Of a stretch of 10,954 bases of DNA, positions 7,055-10,954 are shown one piece after another (the stretch's first letter is position 1; every line of letters starts with the position of its first letter). Made by a program: the position numbers and the translations under genes. Below the pieces are notes generated by a model. That model was not told where the DNA came from. It made no database searches and saw only the letters and a list, made by a program, of their open reading frames with translations. Source of the DNA: Octopus sinensis (taxonomy: Eukaryota); the NCBI RefSeq assembly GCF_006345805.1, contig NW_021827162.1:1-10954 (forward strand), written 5' to 3'.

Positions 7055-7206
7055 GGCATAGGAGTGGCTGTGTGGTAAGTAGCTTGCTTACCAACCACAT
7101 GGTTCCGGGTTCAGTCCCACTGCGTGGTACCTTGGGCAGGTGTCTTCTACTATAGCCTCGGGCTGACCAAAGCCTTGTGAGTGGATTTGAAAGAAGCCCA
7201 TCGTAT
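7055..7206 (+). mobile_element. Family A SINE, 5' half only; tandem partner of 6877-7036
   Basis: Same sequence with a ~14-bp deletion (GGATTT|GAAAGAAGCCC). It shares the variant GGGCAGGTGTC with 6877-7036. Confidence 0.88.
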
Positions 7207-7450
7207 GGTGGCACGTAAAAAGCACCAACCGATCGTGGCTGTTGCCAGCCTTGCCTGGCACCTGTGCCGGTGGCACGTAAAAAGCACCCACTACACTCAC
7301 AAAGTGGTTGGCATTAGGAAGGGCATCCAGCTGTAGAAACACTGCCAGATCAGATTGGAGCCTGGTGCAGCCTCCTGGCTTCCCAGACCCCAGTTGAACC
7401 GTCCAACCCATGCTAGCATGGAAAGCGGACGTTAAACGATGATGATGATG
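7207..7450 (+). mobile_element. Family C element, copy 5 (opposite orientation)
   Basis: GTGGTTGGCATTAGGAAGGGCATCCAGC...GGAAAGCGGACGTTAAACGATGATGATGATG. The module GGTGGCACGTAAAAAGCACC is duplicated (7207-7226, 7269-7288). Confidence 0.8.
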
Positions 7451-7502
7451 AAAAGTCTTCTTCTCAAGCAAGGCATAATGCCAAACATCTTGGTCTTTGT
7501 CA

Positions 7503-7641
7503 TTGCCTCCATGGGGCCCAACTCTGGAAAGGTGCTTTTCGTGTGCCACCAGCAGCAGCCACCTTGCCTCCATGAGACCCAATGCTTGAAAGGTACTGAT
7601 GCTGGTGGCACATGGAAAGCACTTTCTGAGTGTTGGACCTC
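7503..7641. repeat. Direct plus inverted copies of the family C ~60-bp module
   Basis: Direct repeat TTGCCTCCATG..GAAAGGT at 7503 and 7564; inverted arms 7513-7556 and 7598-7641. Confidence 0.65.
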
Positions 7642-7745
7642 GTTAAACCAAAAACACCCACACATCTATATAATATACACACATATATATATAGATCGTT
7701 AGCCACTACACGCATTTTTTTCTCTCCTTGTTTCTTTCTGTGTCC

Positions 7746-7781
7746 CTTTCTGTAGAAGAGCGTAGGCTCGAAACGTAAAAG
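7746..7781 (+). ncRNA. Minimal type I hammerhead-like motif, unit 1
   Basis: CUUU-CUGUAGA-A-GAGC-GUAG-GCUC-GAAA-CGU-A-AAAG: stem I CUUU/AAAG, stem II GAGC/GCUC, palindromic ACGU, predicted GUA cleavage after 7777. The core has U at conserved A6. Confidence 0.55.
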
Positions 7782-7881
7782 ACTTTTTCTATTCCTGAGC
7801 GTTATACTAATACATCTGTTTTGTGTTCTACACACCTGTCTTCGTCTTTTGTTTTTCTTGTGAACTCTCCTAATATATTAT

Positions 7882-7931
<50 letters not shown>

Positions 7932-8000
7932 ATATATAGTCGCCATGATAGATCATTATCTACTACACACATTTTTTCTCTCCTTGTTTTTTCTGTGTCC

Positions 8001-8036
8001 CTTTCTGTAGACGAGCGTAGGCTCGAAACGTAAAAG
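8001..8036 (+). ncRNA. Minimal type I hammerhead-like motif, unit 2
   Basis: CUUU-CUGUAGA-C-GAGC-GUAG-GCUC-GAAA-CGU-A-AAAG; predicted site after 8032. Confidence 0.55.
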
Positions 8037-8207
8037 ACTTTTTTCTATTCCTGAGCGTTATACTAATACATCTGTTTGTTTTCTCACATACACCACCTGT
8101 CTCCGTCTTTTGTTTTTCTGTTTGAACTCTCCTATATATATATATAGTTGCCATGATAGATCATATCTACTACACACATTTTTTCTCTCCTTGTTTTTTC
8201 TGTGTCC

Positions 8208-8243
8208 CTTTCTGTAGACGAGCGTAGGCTCGAAACGTAAAAG
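8208..8243 (+). ncRNA. Minimal type I hammerhead-like motif, unit 3
   Basis: Identical to the unit 2 motif; predicted site after 8239. Confidence 0.55.
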
Positions 8244-8411
8244 ACTTTTTTCTATTCCTGAGCGTTATACTAATACATCTGTTTGTTTTCTACACCACCT
8301 GTCTTCGTCTTTTGTTTTTCTTGTGAACTCTCCCTATATATATATATAGTCGCCATGATAGATCATTATCTACTACACACATTTTTTTCTCTCCTTGTTT
8401 TTTCTGTGTCC

Positions 8412-8447
8412 CTTTCTGTAGACGAGCGTAGGCTCGAAACGTAAGAG
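8412..8447 (+). ncRNA. Minimal type I hammerhead-like motif, unit 4
   Basis: Same motif. The stem I 3' strand is AGAG, giving a U-G wobble that keeps the pairing. Predicted site after 8443. Confidence 0.55.
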
Positions 8448-8560
8448 ACTTTTTTCTATTCCTGAGCGTTATACTAATACATCTGTTTGTTTTCTACACC
8501 ACCTGTCTTCGTCTTTTGTTTTTCTCGTGAACTCTCCCTATATATATACATATATATATA

Positions 8561-8872
8561 GTCGTAAGACACCTGCTGTTTTCATCCTGTTTTTACCGTT
8601 ATTGTTTTTTGTATTTTATATTTGTGTAACATCGTCCGTTTTTCTGTCCCTGTTTCGTATACATTCGATCCTTCTTCCAAGAAATCTAATGCTCGTAGCT
8701 TAGTTTTTCCTTGGGGCTGGCCGGATCGGAGCGATCTCAAGATTAATCAGCCAAAATTGCTACGATGATCCGGTTCTTGACTGAAGATTGAAGGCTTCGA
8801 ATGTCCCGTCCGTGTTTTTTGTATCGTCTTCTAAATGTTTTATGTTTTTGTCCCAGTTTGTATTTTTCTACA
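8561..8872. other. T-rich element of unknown class abutting the array through the same (TA)n-GTCG junction
   Basis: Begins TATATA-GTCG like the array units, then diverges; T-rich composition like the units; bounded by TA tracts. Confidence 0.3.
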
Positions 8873-8883
8873 TATAATAATAT

Positions 8884-8914
<31 letters not shown>

Positions 8915-8945
8915 CCATACATATATATACATATATATATATATA
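8873..8945. repeat. Degenerate (TA)n microsatellite
   Basis: Directly visible. Confidence 0.95.
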
Positions 8946-9054
8946 TTACCTCTGGATAACCTGTTGTTTATTTCGATACAATACATACAATCAGAAAATC
9001 TTATCTATTTCATCTGCCCTCTTACAACCCATGCTATTGGAGTATTATTGAAGT

Positions 9055-9344
9055 GCCAGGCTTACTTTGCAGCCATGGGGTTCTGTGTTCAATCTCATTG
9101 CATGGCACCTTGAGCTTCTTTTTTTTTCTGTTATAGCCCTAGGTCAGCCAGTTCCTTCTGAGTGGATTTTTGTAGATTCTCTGTAAAAGCCTGTCGTTTA
9201 TAGCATCTGTGTGTTGGTTTATGTATTTTTGTCTTTTCTTTTGATTTGTCACCTCCCTCCATCACTTGACAACCAGTGACGGTTTGTTTGCCTCCTTGTA
9301 ACAGTGATTCAACAAAAGAGTCTGATAGAATAAGTCCTGGGCTT
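9055..9344 (+). mobile_element. Old family A SINE, left part (right part at ~9988-10084)
   Basis: Diverged GGCACCTTGAGC, TGAGTGGATTT, CACTTGACAACC and GATAGAATAAGTCCTGGGCTT. Confidence 0.7.
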
Positions 9345-9572
9345 ACTCTTTTACTCTTTTACTTGTTTCAGTCATTCGACTGCGGCCATGCTGGAGCACC
9401 GCCTTTAATCGAGCAACTCGACCCCGGGACTTATTCTTTTGTAAGCCCAGTACTTATTCTATCGGTCTCTTTTGCCGAACTGCTAGATAACGGGGATATA
9501 AACACACCAGCATCGATTGTCAAGAAATGCTAAGGGGACAAACACAGACACGCAAACACACACACACACAAC

Positions 9573-9604
<32 letters not shown>

Positions 9605-9787
9605 ATATATATATATACACATATATAAACGGGCTTCTTTCAGTTTCCATCTACCAAATCCACTCACAAGGCTTTGGTCGACCCAAGGCTATAGTAGAAG
9701 ACACTTGCCCAAGTTGCTACGCAGTGGGACTGAACCTGGAACCATGGGGTTGGTAAGCAAGCTACTTACCACACAGTCACTCCTGCG

Positions 9788-9789
<2 letters not shown>
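9345..9789 (-). mobile_element. Full-length young family A SINE
   Basis: Tail ACTCTTTTACTCTTTTAC at 9345, internal CA/TA tract ~9555-9626, head ends CCTGCGCC at 9789. Confidence 0.92.
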
Positions 9790-9825
<36 letters not shown>

Positions 9826-9826
9826 C

Positions 9827-9985
9827 AACGGGCTTCTTTCAGTTTCCGTCTGCCAAATCCACTCATAAGGCATTGGTCGACCTGGGGCTATAGTAGAAGA
9901 CACTTGCCCAAGGTGCCACGCAGTGGGACTGAACCCGGAACCATGTGGTTGGTAAACAAGCTACTTACCACACAGCCACTCCTGC
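9827..9985 (-). mobile_element. Family A SINE, 5' half
   Basis: GGGCTTCTTTCAGTTTCCGTC...CACACAGCCACTCCTGC. Confidence 0.9.
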
Positions 9986-9987
9986 TT

Positions 9988-10084
9988 CAAAAAACAAATT
10001 AAGTTCTATGGTTAATTTGTTTGATTAAACAATTAAAGGCGAAGCTGCAGCATGGCCACATTACAATAACTGAAACGAGTAAAA
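9988..10084 (+). mobile_element. Right part of the old family A SINE
   Basis: CAAAAAACAAATTAAGTTCTATGGTTAATTTGTTTGATTAA..AAAGGCGAAGCTGCAGCATGGCCACA..AACTGAAACGAGTAAAA continues the family A sequence from where 9344 stops. Confidence 0.65.
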
Positions 10085-10255
10085 TGCTTAGAAGTGGCAG
10101 GGACAGGGTCAGAATAGGTGCAGTGGTATTTTGACTGAAAGCAAGAGAGAGACCCTCTGCCATCTCCAGCCATGCTGGAGCATTGTGGAAGGAGAATTGG
10201 AGAGCTTCATTAAGCGATAAGTAATGGGTATGGGTGAAACAGTGCCTGGCTACCT

Positions 10256-10340
10256 TTCGGTCACGATGACAAGCATTCTAGTTGATCTGATCAATGAAAC
10301 AGAAATTAACACACAAGTGGCCGAGTACTCTACAGACATG
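10256..10340 (-). mobile_element. Probable 3' fragment of another octopus-type SINE
   Basis: The minus strand reads CATGTCTGTAGAGTACTCGGCCACTTGTGTGTTAATTT...GATCAGATCAACTAGAA, resembling a SINE 3' end I recall. There is no second copy in the window. Confidence 0.45.
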
Positions 10341-10749
10341 GAGATATGGTGTGATACAGTGTGAAATACGGGTACAACTTAGTGGATTGGGACAACAAGA
10401 TATAACCGGCGTCCCAATGCATGTTTGTGTATTTACCTGTGTCCAAGTGTGTCTGCAGGTATGTCTAGCAACTGATCCTTTTGATAGCCTCTCACTCCTC
10501 CCCCAACACCAACCATCACCGGCCCCTCAATCATCTTTCCCTTGCCTCACATCTCCCTATCACTCACCTGTCTACATCCCATACCACTGTCACTCAATTG
10601 GTCCCTTCCATTCTTACCTTTGTCTCTCTAATCCTTGCTCCCAGCACCCAAACATGTTCTCGTAGAATATTGGAAATGAACGACACTGCTTGTATGGCAG
10701 TGACGCTCGTTTACAACTGTCATGCAATGCCAAAACAAGGAAGCATGCG

Positions 10750-10845
10750 TGCACACACACACATGCATTCACACACATGCACACACACACACACACACAT
10801 ACATATGCATGCACTAACACACCCACACATTCACGCATACATATA
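10750..10845. repeat. Degenerate (CA)n/(CAT) microsatellite
   Basis: Directly visible. Confidence 0.95.
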
Positions 10846-10846
10846 A

Positions 10847-10954
10847 CAGGCTTCTTTCAGTTTCCATCTACCAAATCGACTAAGAAGACTTTGGCTGGCC
10901 CAAGCATAAAGTAAACGACACTTGCCCAGGGTGCCATGCAGCGGGACTGAACCT
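10847..10954 (-). mobile_element. Diverged family A SINE 5' half, cut by the window end
   Basis: GGCTTCTTTCAGTTTCCATCTACCAAATC...GACACTTGCCCAGGGTGCCATGCAGCGGGACTGAACC. Confidence 0.8.

Larger units (their letters stand above)
7693..8538 (+). repeat. Tandem array of four ~190-bp units joined by (TA)n (Penelope-derived / retrozyme-like)
   Basis: Units at ~7693-7870, 7939-8132, 8147-8334 and 8349-8538 are nearly identical. Each ends GAACTCTCC(C)-(TA)n, and units 2-4 begin GT(C/T)GCCATGATAGATC. Confidence 0.95.

Noticed and set aside
7693-8538. CRISPR-like appearance of the regularly spaced repeats
   Set aside because: Whole ~190-bp units are repeated, the spacers are TA microsatellites rather than unique sequence, and the context is eukaryotic.
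8779-8810. CTGAAGA..GAAGGCTTC-GAA resembling a hammerhead core
   Set aside because: It has U instead of A15.1, two extra bases before a 3-bp stem II, and no stem I pairing around either GUC. It folds better as a simple GAC/GUC hairpin.
10294-10846. Pro/Ser/His-rich ORFs of 121-123 aa
   Set aside because: Their composition follows from C/T skew and CA repeats, and one begins inside a SINE fragment.

Overview
This window is AT-rich, almost entirely repetitive eukaryotic DNA with no credible protein-coding gene; the listed ORFs are read-throughs of (TA)n/(CA)n/(CAT)n tracts and SINEs. The repeat families match my recollection of Octopus genomes, but the species is an inference. It contains about 10 copies or fragments of a tRNA/CORE-like SINE with an internal TA tract (family A), two other tRNA-SINE types, five copies of a (CAT)n/GGATGCCCTTCC element (family C), long AT-rich palindromes, a Helitron/Helentron-like non-autonomous element, and the 5' end of an RTE-like LINE. 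The best lead is a four-unit head-to-tail array of ~190-bp units at 7693-8538. Each unit carries a minimal type I hammerhead-like motif with a variant core (CUGUAGA) and a palindromic ACGU stem III, the layout expected of a Penelope-derived non-LTR retrozyme. A second lead is a candidate HDV-like ribozyme fold at the RTE 5' end (3786-3936, minus strand). All folds were built by eye and none is validated.
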